Positions 37,637 to 46,931 of a stretch of DNA of 64,000 nucleotides are shown in pieces (the first letter of the stretch is position 1; the number at the start of each line of letters is the position of its first letter). The notes under the pieces were generated by a model. The model ran no database searches, was not told where the DNA came from, and saw only the letters and a list, made by a program, of their open reading frames with translations. This DNA comes from Fidelibacterota bacterium (lineage in GTDB: Bacteria; Fidelibacterota; Marinisomatia; Marinisomatales; UBA1611), in assembly GCA_045568995.1 (NCBI GenBank), contig JBJKZY010000046.1, forward strand, positions 1,575 through 65,574, read 5' to 3'. A program made the position numbers and the translations under genes.

Positions 37637-38602
37637 TTGAAAATAAAGATCAGTGGAACGGGACTATATCTTCCACCAGATATAGAAACATCTAAAAATA
37701 TTGCACCATTAATTGGTAAATCTGAGAATTGGATTCTTGAAAAATCAGGAGTATCAGAGCGTCGTGTTTCAAAAATTGATGTAGATAAAATGGGTGCTAT
37801 AGCAGGTAAACAGGCGCTTGGAGAGCTAAAAAAACCTGACCTAATTATTAATGCATCTGGAGTCCCAAAGCAGACTATACCTGACACATCTACATTTTTT
37901 CAAAAAGAGATGGGGTTTGAAGGAATTCCCTCTTTTAGTATCCATGCTACCTGCCTATCTTTTATAACAGCCTTTCATACTGCCTCAACTCTAATCTCAT
38001 CTAATGCATATAAAAGAATATTAATTATCTCATCTGACAGAGGAACGCGGGGAAGAAATTTTGATGAGCCTGAAAGTTCATCTTTACTTGGAGATGGAGC
38101 AGCTGCAATTTTAGTAGAAGCTTCTACAAAACCAGATCAAAGTGAGTTAATATATTTTAATATGAAGACCTGGCCCAGTGGTGCAAATTTAACTGAAGTT
38201 AAAGGAGGTGGGACAAACAAACATCCACAAGATGATTCTACATCAGTCGCTGATAATTTATTCACAATGGACGGTCCTGCGATCTATAAGATTGCACGAA
38301 AACAAGTTTATAAAATGATGCTTAAAACTCTAAAAAATACTAAGTTAGAAAAAAAAGATATAAATTGGATTATCCCACACCAAGCATCAGGGAAAGCCGT
38401 AGAGGCTTACACTTCAGCTGGTGGTTTTGAAAAAGATAAAGTCATCAATATCGTTTCAAAATTTGGTAACTGTGTTGCTGCTTCTGTTCCAATGGCACTT
38501 TCAATAGCTGTACAAGATGGTAGGATAAAACGTGGAGATATAATTTTATTAATCGGAACTGGAGCTGGTTTATCAGCTGCCTGCGCATTAATTAAGTATT
38601 AA
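37637..38602 (+). CDS. KAS III (FabH)-like condensing enzyme, orphan
   Basis: 321 aa; TTG start. Cys-His-Asn triad motifs are intact: SIHATCLSFITA, IIPHQASGKAVE, FGNCVAASVPMAL. No ACP or other FAS/PKS genes in the locus. Confidence 0.8.
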   Translation: MKIKISGTGLYLPPDIETSKNIAPLIGKSENWILEKSGVSERRVSKIDVDKMGAIAGKQALGELKKPDLIINASGVPKQTIPDTSTFFQKEMGFEGIPSFSIHATCLSFITAFHTASTLISSNAYKRILIISSDRGTRGRNFDEPESSSLLGDGAAAILVEASTKPDQSELIYFNMKTWPSGANLTEVKGGGTNKHPQDDSTSVADNLFTMDGPAIYKIARKQVYKMMLKTLKNTKLEKKDINWIIPHQASGKAVEAYTSAGGFEKDKVINIVSKFGNCVAASVPMALSIAVQDGRIKRGDIILLIGTGAGLSAACALIKY

Positions 38603-39372
38603 TTTCTATTTTTTACTAAAAAATCTTTTGTGAAGATATCATCTTTCAGACCCATATCTGGTTTGTAAGACATTACAGACATTATAGTTTTATTACCGTT
38701 CTCTTTTTCCATTATCATTCTACCAGCGATACTAAAGCCATTTTTAATAATAAAATCAGATACGTATAGGGTTTTATCTTTATTAGACTCACTGATATAA
38801 TATTCAACCTTAGATATGCGCCATGTTTGGCTGTTTACCCATATTTTTCTTGAAAAATAAGAGCTAACATCTTTAGGCCAAGCCATAATGACCTTACATT
38901 GAACACCATCATAATATTCATTTCCGATGTTCATAAGACTATCGGATCCCACATCCCTATTCTCTAAATCTTCATAAGTAAAATCCGTATTTAAAAAAGT
39001 CTTAGATTTTTCTTTAGCTTTTACTTTTTTCGCTTTTTTTATTTTTGGTAAAGAGAACCACTGATCTGTTTTTCCATTGGCATAGACCCAACTTAAAAAG
39101 CCAGTCCCTTTTACAATCTTTGGCTTATGAAATCGTGCCAATGATTTTGATTTAAATATTCCAACATTGTAAAATTTTTCATAGCGCGTAAATTCTCTAA
39201 TTTTGGTTTTTATTTTACGTTTTTTCTTTCTTGTTATTTCGAGCTTTATTTCCGTGATAGAAGTTTCAGGTTTTGGATGGGAGGCCACATATGATAAAAT
39301 CTCTTCAGGTGTTAAATCTTGAGCAATAATAAAGCCACTAATTAAAAAGATTCTAATAATTTGAATTATCAT
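38599..39372 (-). CDS. LolA-like outer-membrane lipoprotein-sorting family protein (module B)
   Basis: 257 aa; signal peptide; family motif TFLNTDFTYEDLENR; paralog of 26705..27445. Confidence 0.75.
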   Translation of the reverse strand: MIIQIIRIFLISGFIIAQDLTPEEILSYVASHPKPETSITEIKLEITRKKKRKIKTKIREFTRYEKFYNVGIFKSKSLARFHKPKIVKGTGFLSWVYANGKTDQWFSLPKIKKAKKVKAKEKSKTFLNTDFTYEDLENRDVGSDSLMNIGNEYYDGVQCKVIMAWPKDVSSYFSRKIWVNSQTWRISKVEYYISESNKDKTLYVSDFIIKNGFSIAGRMIMEKENGNKTIMSVMSYKPDMGLKDDIFTKDFLVKNRN

Positions 39373-39674
39373 TTTTTTTCTTTGTAGACAAAAAAGATCG
39401 ATAATGGAGTAAACAATATACTTACAATAGAAATTGTTAAAAAATCTTGTTTATGTTTAAGCTCCAAATAACCTGCAATTTGCAAGCACAAGAAAACATA
39501 ACCAATAATAATAAAATCAAAATAAAATTGAAAAATATATGTTCCAAGTTCTTTTATTGTCATAGAGTATTTTAATGATAAGCCACCATCTGCACCCAAT
39601 ATGTACATAATACATAATAGAGTAACTAATATTAAGGCACCACTTAAATTCTTATCTTTATTGACTGATTTCAT
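39369..39674 (-). CDS. Small 3-TM membrane protein specific to module B
   Basis: 101 aa; ATGA overlaps on both sides (with the RND and LolA-like genes); three hydrophobic segments. Confidence 0.6.
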   Translation of the reverse strand: MKSVNKDKNLSGALILVTLLCIMYILGADGGLSLKYSMTIKELGTYIFQFYFDFIIIGYVFLCLQIAGYLELKHKQDFLTISIVSILFTPLSIFFVYKEKK

Positions 39675-41974
39675 TTAAATAAAAATTTTGGTTTTGTTAA
39701 ACTAGTTAATGCTGGAAGAGTTGCTAGTGCACCAAATAGACAAAAAGATATAGATCCCATCACCAAAGTTCCAAATATTTGCACAGGAACAAATACAGAA
39801 AAAAGAAGAGCTGAAAAACCAATAACAACCGATAAACCATTAAACAATATTCCTTTACCAGATATACGAAAGGTATTTGTAATCGCCTGATCAAGAGAAT
39901 CACCATTTCTAATATGGTCACGTAAGTGCCAGAGAAAATGAACCGTATAATCAACACCAACACCAACAAGAATACTCGTAAGAAGCATTGTCGTAACATC
40001 CAAGGGAATATTTAAATAACCCATTAATCCAAACATCATAATTACCGAAACTCCCATAGGTAGTGTTGCAAATAGTCCACCTACGAAAGACCGAAATACA
40101 ATGGCCATGATAATAAAGATAATAATTACAGAAACAAGGAGACTAATTAATTGTCCATTTACAATCATTCGACTCAAAACTCCAAGCAATGTGGCTCCTC
40201 CTGTCAATTCCATAGGTGCATCATCATAAAAATTAGCTTTAATAAATTGTTCAGTATCATCGACAATATCAGCTATTGTACTCGTTCTAACCTCTTTCAT
40301 TCTAAGCAGTATTTGCGTATAGTTAGGCTCTTCCATATCATCTAAAAGGACATCAAACTCATCATCATCACCTGCGATCGAATATAAAAACATGTATTGA
40401 GATATTAAATCTCTCTCTTTAGGGATCACGTCATACTCAGACTTTCCAGCATTAAACCCAGAGTGCATTTTTTTTATTACATCAACAATGGAATATGATT
40501 TAGTGACAATATTATATTTATTTTTGATATGATCAGTCAATTGTTCGATATTCTTTAATACTTTTGGATCAAAGATATCACCCTCAACAAGAATACTCAA
40601 TTGCGTTGATCCTCCAAATGCATTACTAATTTTACTATTCGCAATTTTGACGCTAGAGTTTGCAGGAAAATAACTGTCAGGATTTGTGTCAACTTTTAAA
40701 TCTTTTATCCCCATACTCAACCATAAACCACCAAATATCAAAATTGATAATACTTGAATATTATATTTTGTGAAAAATCTTCCCATAGACACTAAAAATG
40801 CATTTATATAAACCATACTTTTTTCTTTTGATAAATAAGTTGGTCGCGGTAACAAAATAAGTATCGATGGTATTAATAAAATACTAAGTACAAACCCTAC
40901 TAATATACCAAAAGAAACTAATACACCCATTTCTCTAGCGCGAGGTAAGAGATGTGATAATAATGATAAAAAGCTAACCATTGTAGTTAATCCAGCAAGC
41001 AAAATAGGAATCCCAACCTTTCGAATTGTCCTTTTTAATATTTGCTCTCTTTGACCGTTAGGGTCTACTTTAGAATATTCAAAATAATGGGAAATGATAT
41101 GAATCCCATAATTACTCGCAATAGCAACAAGCATAACAGGGATTAATGTTCCCACAAATGCTAAGGGTAAATCAAGCCATCCCATAATTCCAAATGTCCA
41201 TATTATAGATAGGACCACAACAAAAAAGGGCAGGAATACACCAGTCCAGCTCCTAAAAGATATCATAAGCAGAAGAATACCTAAACCCAATGCTATGGGA
41301 GTATATACCCTCATATCACGCTGCATACTTTCTACAACTGTTGCCCTAGTGATAGGCAAACTGGAAACATAAAATTCTTCTGGTCCATTATACCTATTCA
41401 CTAACTCAAATATTTTTTTTCTGAATTCAAATTCATCATATTCAAAAGAAGAATTTATTTGGCCTATAAAACACATTGTCTTAAAATCGATAGAAACTAG
41501 GTTACCCAAAGCTCCCGATTTTTCAATGCGATCTCTTAGTACAGAAAAACTGAGAGAATCACCAGGGATTTCCTCCAAAATAGATTCAATATTAAAGCCA
41601 TTTTGATCTGGTATGATTTGCTTTTGATTGAATATTGATGTCACTTTACTTATCAGACTAATTGATTCTAAAGAGTCATTAAACGAAGCTAATTTACTTA
41701 GAGTGCTTTTAGAGAATAGGCTATCGGATTCAACCCCAATAATTACGATATCACTACCTGAAAATAATTCATCAATTTTTTCCATTGACTTGACAATCGC
41801 ATGTTCTCTTGGCAATCCTGATCTTAATCCCGCATCCATCTCTAATTTAAAAATTTTCCAACCAAGTATTACTGTCAGCAATAATACTGCGGCTATGATG
41901 CTCCTAGGATAATGTGCATCAAATTCAAATAGTTTGTTTGAAATTCTTCTCAGATTCATAATATTACAGATCAT
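39671..41974 (-). CDS. COG1033-type RND/MMPL-family exporter (module B)
   Basis: 767 aa; same 2 x (loop + ~6 TM) architecture as 27442..29766. An alternative start MNLRRISNK at 41959 is possible. Confidence 0.85.
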   Translation of the reverse strand: MICNIMNLRRISNKLFEFDAHYPRSIIAAVLLLTVILGWKIFKLEMDAGLRSGLPREHAIVKSMEKIDELFSGSDIVIIGVESDSLFSKSTLSKLASFNDSLESISLISKVTSIFNQKQIIPDQNGFNIESILEEIPGDSLSFSVLRDRIEKSGALGNLVSIDFKTMCFIGQINSSFEYDEFEFRKKIFELVNRYNGPEEFYVSSLPITRATVVESMQRDMRVYTPIALGLGILLLMISFRSWTGVFLPFFVVVLSIIWTFGIMGWLDLPLAFVGTLIPVMLVAIASNYGIHIISHYFEYSKVDPNGQREQILKRTIRKVGIPILLAGLTTMVSFLSLLSHLLPRAREMGVLVSFGILVGFVLSILLIPSILILLPRPTYLSKEKSMVYINAFLVSMGRFFTKYNIQVLSILIFGGLWLSMGIKDLKVDTNPDSYFPANSSVKIANSKISNAFGGSTQLSILVEGDIFDPKVLKNIEQLTDHIKNKYNIVTKSYSIVDVIKKMHSGFNAGKSEYDVIPKERDLISQYMFLYSIAGDDDEFDVLLDDMEEPNYTQILLRMKEVRTSTIADIVDDTEQFIKANFYDDAPMELTGGATLLGVLSRMIVNGQLISLLVSVIIIFIIMAIVFRSFVGGLFATLPMGVSVIMMFGLMGYLNIPLDVTTMLLTSILVGVGVDYTVHFLWHLRDHIRNGDSLDQAITNTFRISGKGILFNGLSVVIGFSALLFSVFVPVQIFGTLVMGSISFCLFGALATLPALTSLTKPKFLFK

Positions 41975-42057
41975 AAATTTAAGAGTTTAAAACTCATTAT
42001 GGAATTTTATATCCATTTCAAATTTTTAAATTTTAAACACATAAAAGAATACAAATA

Positions 42058-42678
42058 ATGAATTTGAAGCAACCATATGCATTAATTGGAAATGGTCCAG
42101 AACCAACACATCCAATCGTTAAAGACAAACTAAAAAAGATGAAAACATTTTTATGTGTTGACGGCGGTGCTGATAAGGCGTTAAAAATGGGTTATAAACC
42201 CGATGTTATTATTGGAGATATGGATTCAATTATTAAGAGCAAGACCAAATACGATTGTCATATCGTTCTGATGGAAGATCAATCAAAAAATGATTTAGAG
42301 AAAAGTTTAGCCTGGTGTTTAAAAAACAATATTAAAGCACTTAACCTTTTTGGATTTTCTCATGGCCGAGATGATCATAATTTAGCTAATCTTTTCATCA
42401 TGCAATTCTTTTCTGAAAGAATAAAAATGAAAATGTATACTGATAAATCCGAAATTTATTACATCAAGAAGCACACAAATTTTTCTTCAGCGCCAAATCA
42501 AATTGTTTCTATTTTTTCATATAACAAAGACACAAAAATTTCAACAACAGGATTAAAATACAAATTAAATGATTCCTCTCTAAAATTTCCAAGCCATGGA
42601 TTAAGTAATTTATCAAAAGGATCTGAGTTTTCGATACACCCTTCTGATTGGGTTTGTGTTATACTGAATTATATGTAA
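42058..42678 (+). CDS. thiN: Thiamine pyrophosphokinase
   Basis: 206 aa; CVDGGADKALKMGYKPDVIIGDMDSI and DQSKNDLEKSL match TPK catalytic-domain motifs. Confidence 0.8.
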   Translation: MNLKQPYALIGNGPEPTHPIVKDKLKKMKTFLCVDGGADKALKMGYKPDVIIGDMDSIIKSKTKYDCHIVLMEDQSKNDLEKSLAWCLKNNIKALNLFGFSHGRDDHNLANLFIMQFFSERIKMKMYTDKSEIYYIKKHTNFSSAPNQIVSIFSYNKDTKISTTGLKYKLNDSSLKFPSHGLSNLSKGSEFSIHPSDWVCVILNYM

Positions 42679-44069
42679 TGGCGTCCTTACACTTATTAGA
42701 TTGGGCTATTATAACGACCTACTTCCTTTTTATTCTTTGGGTAGGCGTTTTTAAATTCAAAAAGCAGCTCAGAACAGAAAATGAATTTATTCTTTCTGGT
42801 AGAAGATTAAGTTTGGTTGGCTTTATAGCCACATTAGTTACTACATGGTATGGAGGGATACTAGGCGTTGGTGAAAACACGTTATTATACGGAATTCAGA
42901 CTTGGTTTATCTTTGCTCTTCCTTACTATTTTTTTGCAATTATTTACGCATTTTTTATAGCACCAAAAATACGAGAAAAAGGGTTTTTATCTCTACCGGA
43001 TCATTTTCATAATAGCTTTGGAGAGCGAGCAGGAATCACCTCCGCTCTTATCATATCTTTTCTTGCCAGTCCCGCACCTTATATTTTAAGTCTAGGTGTA
43101 ATCTTACAATTTTTATTTGGAATTGAATTAGGCATTAGTCTTCTTTTATCTACTTTTATTAGCATTATATATATATGGAATGGTGGTTTTTCAGCAATTG
43201 TGGCCACAGACAGGATACAATTTATTTTAATGTTTGCTGGATTCATCAGTCTTTTCACATTTCTTTATATAGATAGTGGCTCTCCAATAAAATTATTGCA
43301 TAGTCTTCCAGTAGCCATGATGGATCCGTTAGGAGGAAATAGTTTACAATACTTACTTGTTTGGTTTTTTATTGCTTCATGGACATTTATTGATCCTGGT
43401 TTTTATCAGAGGTGCTCTGCTGCTGAAAACCCAGATACTGCGAAAAAAGGAATTCTACTTTCTATTTTTTTCTGGGCTATATTTGATTTTCTAACCCTAG
43501 TTTGTGGCTTATATGCAATAGGAAAAATTTCTCCGGAACAAGCACTCCTTACTTATCCCTTATTAGCATTTGAAGTTCTTCCTAGTGGCTTTCTAGGCGT
43601 ATTTCTTATAGGAACAATAGCTACTATTATGTCAACAATTGATTCACTGAGCCTAGTAAGCGCCATAACATTTGGAAGGGATATTTTATGGAGGATTGAG
43701 AACAACAGGTCTACACAAAACCCCATCTCCTACATGAAAAAAGGGTTAATCATTATTTCTTTTTTTTCTTTAGTCATATCTTATTTGTTACCCTCTGTAG
43801 TAGCTCTTTTTTATACTCTCGGATCCATATTAATTCCAGGTCTTATCCTTCCTTTCCTTTACAGCCTTAAACAAGAGAATAGTTTGGTTAAGAAAAATAT
43901 TACATGGTGGATGACTCTTCCAATTTTTGTCTCTGCGTTCTGGTTTATGCTTTCAAAGTTAACAAATCAATTACCTTTGGGGATGGAACCTTTTTACCCA
44001 GGGATGGCTACATCTTTCCTATATTACACAATTCTAAAATTAAAGGTTTATAATGGCAATAGAGATTGA
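42678..44069 (+). CDS. Sodium:solute symporter family transporter (ThiV-like by context)
   Basis: About 463 aa from ATG at 42678 (TAATG junction with the thiN stop; the track's TTG start at 42648 overlaps thiN); 12-13 TM; SSS-like WYGGILGVGEN region. Confidence 0.8.
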   Translation: MASLHLLDWAIITTYFLFILWVGVFKFKKQLRTENEFILSGRRLSLVGFIATLVTTWYGGILGVGENTLLYGIQTWFIFALPYYFFAIIYAFFIAPKIREKGFLSLPDHFHNSFGERAGITSALIISFLASPAPYILSLGVILQFLFGIELGISLLLSTFISIIYIWNGGFSAIVATDRIQFILMFAGFISLFTFLYIDSGSPIKLLHSLPVAMMDPLGGNSLQYLLVWFFIASWTFIDPGFYQRCSAAENPDTAKKGILLSIFFWAIFDFLTLVCGLYAIGKISPEQALLTYPLLAFEVLPSGFLGVFLIGTIATIMSTIDSLSLVSAITFGRDILWRIENNRSTQNPISYMKKGLIIISFFSLVISYLLPSVVALFYTLGSILIPGLILPFLYSLKQENSLVKKNITWWMTLPIFVSAFWFMLSKLTNQLPLGMEPFYPGMATSFLYYTILKLKVYNGNRD

Positions 44070-44520
44070 ACGAAAATTTCTTGTAAAAAGAATCCCAAAA
44101 GATAAAATCAAATACTCACATTACATAAAACAAGGTTATATAGTAAGTGACAAACATAAGGCAATACGAATAAGACAAAAAAAGGATGATTTTTTTATCA
44201 CCATTAAAGGTAATAAAACTGGATTATCAAGATTTGAGTTTGAGTATAAGATCCCAAAAGATGATGCAGAGCAATTATTTAAAAATTTCTGTAATGAAGG
44301 TATAATTGAAAAAACACGACACTACATTGAACACAAGGAGCATACTTGGGAATTGGATGTTTTCCATGGTGAAAATGAAGGGCTAATAGTTGCGGAAATT
44401 GAACTAAAATCAGAAAAAGAAACTTTTTCTGTACCTGAATGGGTGGATCAGGAGGTTACAGAACAAGATAAGTATTACAATGTGAACCTAATAACAAAGC
44501 CGTTTAAAAACTGGCCTTAG
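44053..44520 (+). CDS. CYTH-domain (triphosphate tunnel metalloenzyme) protein
   Basis: 155 aa; begins MAIEIERKFLV (ExExK signature), later WELDVFHGENEGLIVAEIEL; overlaps the SSS gene by 17 nt. Confidence 0.85.
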   Translation: MAIEIERKFLVKRIPKDKIKYSHYIKQGYIVSDKHKAIRIRQKKDDFFITIKGNKTGLSRFEFEYKIPKDDAEQLFKNFCNEGIIEKTRHYIEHKEHTWELDVFHGENEGLIVAEIELKSEKETFSVPEWVDQEVTEQDKYYNVNLITKPFKNWP

Positions 44521-44540
44521 TTTTTACAAACTCAATTAAA

Positions 44541-45614
44541 TTAGACAGCTAAAGTCTTACCAGTTGATCCTAAATCAGAAAATGCTTCATCTAATCGATC
44601 CACCATAGAAACCTCTCCTGCTCTAAGCCATACTCTCGGATCATATTTCTTTTTATATGGCGTGCCATCATCAGGATCGATCTGATATTTAAATGCTTTT
44701 GAATTTTCTTCTACATACTTGCCTACAGCATTAGAAAAAGCGAACTGAGTATCTGTATCAATATTCATTTTAAAAACTCCATAAGATAAAGCTTCAGAAA
44801 TTTTTGCTTTATCAGATCCAGATCCACCATGGAAAACAAGATCCAGTGGTTTTTCCTTGGTATTGCAAGTACTCTGAACAAGCTCTTGTGCGTTTTTTAA
44901 AATTTCTGGAGTTAACTTAACATTCCCTGGTTTATAAACACCATGAACGTTGCCAAATGAAGCAGCTAAACTAAAATGACCAATCGGAGATAGAAGCTTA
45001 TAGGCTCTCAAACAATCCTCTGGTTGAGTATATAGCAAAGGATTATCAGCTCCAATATCATCATCCGATCCAACTCCATCTTCCTCACCTCCAGTTACTC
45101 CAAGCTCTATTTCTAAACTCATACCAATTGGAGACATCCTTTTTAATAAACGTTCGCACTCTGATAAATTAAATTCAATATCTTCTGCAGATAAATCTAA
45201 CATATGGGAGGAAAAAAGAGGACTCCCTGTTTTTTTATAGTGTTCTTCGCTAAATCCAACAAGTGCCTCTACCCAGGGGATAAGTGCTTTATTTGCATGA
45301 TCCGTATGGATTACAACACAGACTCCATATTTTTCTGCTAGTAAATGTATGTGCTGGGCTGCAGAAACGGTTCCAAGAACTTTTGCCTCAAATGCATCGG
45401 TTAAGCTCTTACCTGCAAAAAATTGCCCCCCGCTATTTGAAAACTGGATTATAACATCTGATTTGTTTTTCGCAGCAGATTCCATAACAGCATTTAGCGA
45501 GTTTGTTCCAACTACATTAACAGCTGGAAGTGCATATCCACCCTCTTTAGCAGCCTTTAATAAAACTTTATAATCTTCTCCAGTTACCACACCAGGTTTA
45601 AGTGAATATGACAT
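44541..45614 (-). CDS. fba: Fructose-bisphosphate aldolase, class II (type A)
   Basis: VVIHTDHA, LVFHGGSGS, FKMNIDTDTQ. Start placed at MSYSLKPGVVTGEDY (45614; AGGA lies 6 nt upstream); the track's TTG start at 45641 overlaps the pfp stop. Confidence 0.9.
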   Translation of the reverse strand: MSYSLKPGVVTGEDYKVLLKAAKEGGYALPAVNVVGTNSLNAVMESAAKNKSDVIIQFSNSGGQFFAGKSLTDAFEAKVLGTVSAAQHIHLLAEKYGVCVVIHTDHANKALIPWVEALVGFSEEHYKKTGSPLFSSHMLDLSAEDIEFNLSECERLLKRMSPIGMSLEIELGVTGGEEDGVGSDDDIGADNPLLYTQPEDCLRAYKLLSPIGHFSLAASFGNVHGVYKPGNVKLTPEILKNAQELVQSTCNTKEKPLDLVFHGGSGSDKAKISEALSYGVFKMNIDTDTQFAFSNAVGKYVEENSKAFKYQIDPDDGTPYKKKYDPRVWLRAGEVSMVDRLDEAFSDLGSTGKTLAV

Positions 45615-45627
45615 ATTCATTCCTTTA

Positions 45628-46818
45628 TTATTGTTGACCAATATTCTTAGTCATTGTTTGAAACCAATCCAACGAAAGGTCAAAAGGTTTTCCACCTTTT
45701 ATTCTTTCAAATTCTATTAACCTTAACTGATTGTCGTTATCTTCATCTAAACCAGCAAGTCCACTTTTTCCATTCAGCCCTTGTTCGGCAGCAAAAAATG
45801 CAGAACGCTTAATTAATTCAAGATCCTGAGCATTTGCTTTAGCAGATCGGGCAAAATAACCACTTTTTTGCACAAGCGTTTTTTCAGCTTTTAGTGCAGA
45901 TGAAAACTGTTTTGCAAACCACTGCCCGGGATTTATTTCATCTAAACGAACATGGCCAAAAGCGTCCCTGGGAACTTTCTCACCCTTCTCTTCCATTTCT
46001 CTAACAATCGCATCTTGCCCCGCACCTTCACTCAAAAAAATATTAATATTATCTTTTTTGTCCATAAGACTTCGTAAACGATCTACTTCATGTTGAAAAT
46101 TAAAATCCTGCTCCGGGATATAGATTGCATCTATATCCCATTTTGACTTTTCCACCATTAATTCTGGTAAAAATACTTTTTTATTTAACCTTTCTCGATA
46201 ATCTTTGGCAGTTTTTGCAGTTAACCATCCACAGTGTCTTCCCATCACCTCATGAATAATCAGTTGTCTGGTGCTAGTTGTATTTTCATTCACAATATTT
46301 TCAAAAAATATTGCTCCTTGCTCTGCTGCAGTCCAGGCTCCTAAAGTTTGAGAAACTGGAAACACATCATTATCCACAGTTTTTGGAAGACCTACGACTG
46401 TTAATTCATATCCATTTTTTTCTAGGTAGAAGGAGAGTTGTGCAGCCATTGTATTGGTGTCATCTCCCCCAATTGTATGTAAAATATTTATTTTATCTTT
46501 TGTTAGCTGGTTCGCAGCCACTTCTAAAGGATCTAAACCTTCTTTCACATATCCTTTTTTCACACAATCTTCAACATTCGTGAGCTTTACTCTACTATTT
46601 CCAATAGGTGAGCCTCCATAATCATATAATACCTCGAAATTTATTTTTACTGATTCCGGAAATACGATGGTTTCGCCTAGAAGTAGACCTCGATAACCGT
46701 TGAGATAACCAACGAGTTCAGCATCTGGATATAAATCATTATATTTATGAATAAGAGATCCTATCGATGCGGATAAACATGGTGCTATGCCACCAGCGGT
46801 AAGAAATGCTATTTTCAT
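45628..46818 (-). CDS. pfp: Pyrophosphate-dependent 6-phosphofructokinase
   Basis: 396 aa; TIGGDDTN (Asp rather than the Gly of ATP-PFK GGDGS) and LPKTVDNDV (Lys rather than Gly), MGRHCGWL: residues diagnostic of PPi specificity. Confidence 0.8.
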   Translation of the reverse strand: MKIAFLTAGGIAPCLSASIGSLIHKYNDLYPDAELVGYLNGYRGLLLGETIVFPESVKINFEVLYDYGGSPIGNSRVKLTNVEDCVKKGYVKEGLDPLEVAANQLTKDKINILHTIGGDDTNTMAAQLSFYLEKNGYELTVVGLPKTVDNDVFPVSQTLGAWTAAEQGAIFFENIVNENTTSTRQLIIHEVMGRHCGWLTAKTAKDYRERLNKKVFLPELMVEKSKWDIDAIYIPEQDFNFQHEVDRLRSLMDKKDNINIFLSEGAGQDAIVREMEEKGEKVPRDAFGHVRLDEINPGQWFAKQFSSALKAEKTLVQKSGYFARSAKANAQDLELIKRSAFFAAEQGLNGKSGLAGLDEDNDNQLRLIEFERIKGGKPFDLSLDWFQTMTKNIGQQ

Positions 46819-46931
46819 TTATTCGTAGAAAACCCTTTAAAAGCCACGATAGAACTTAAAAAAAAGAAACGACCTGTCTATATAGCAATTACTATTATTA
46901 CTAAAAATATTTTTATAATTTTTATACTAGA

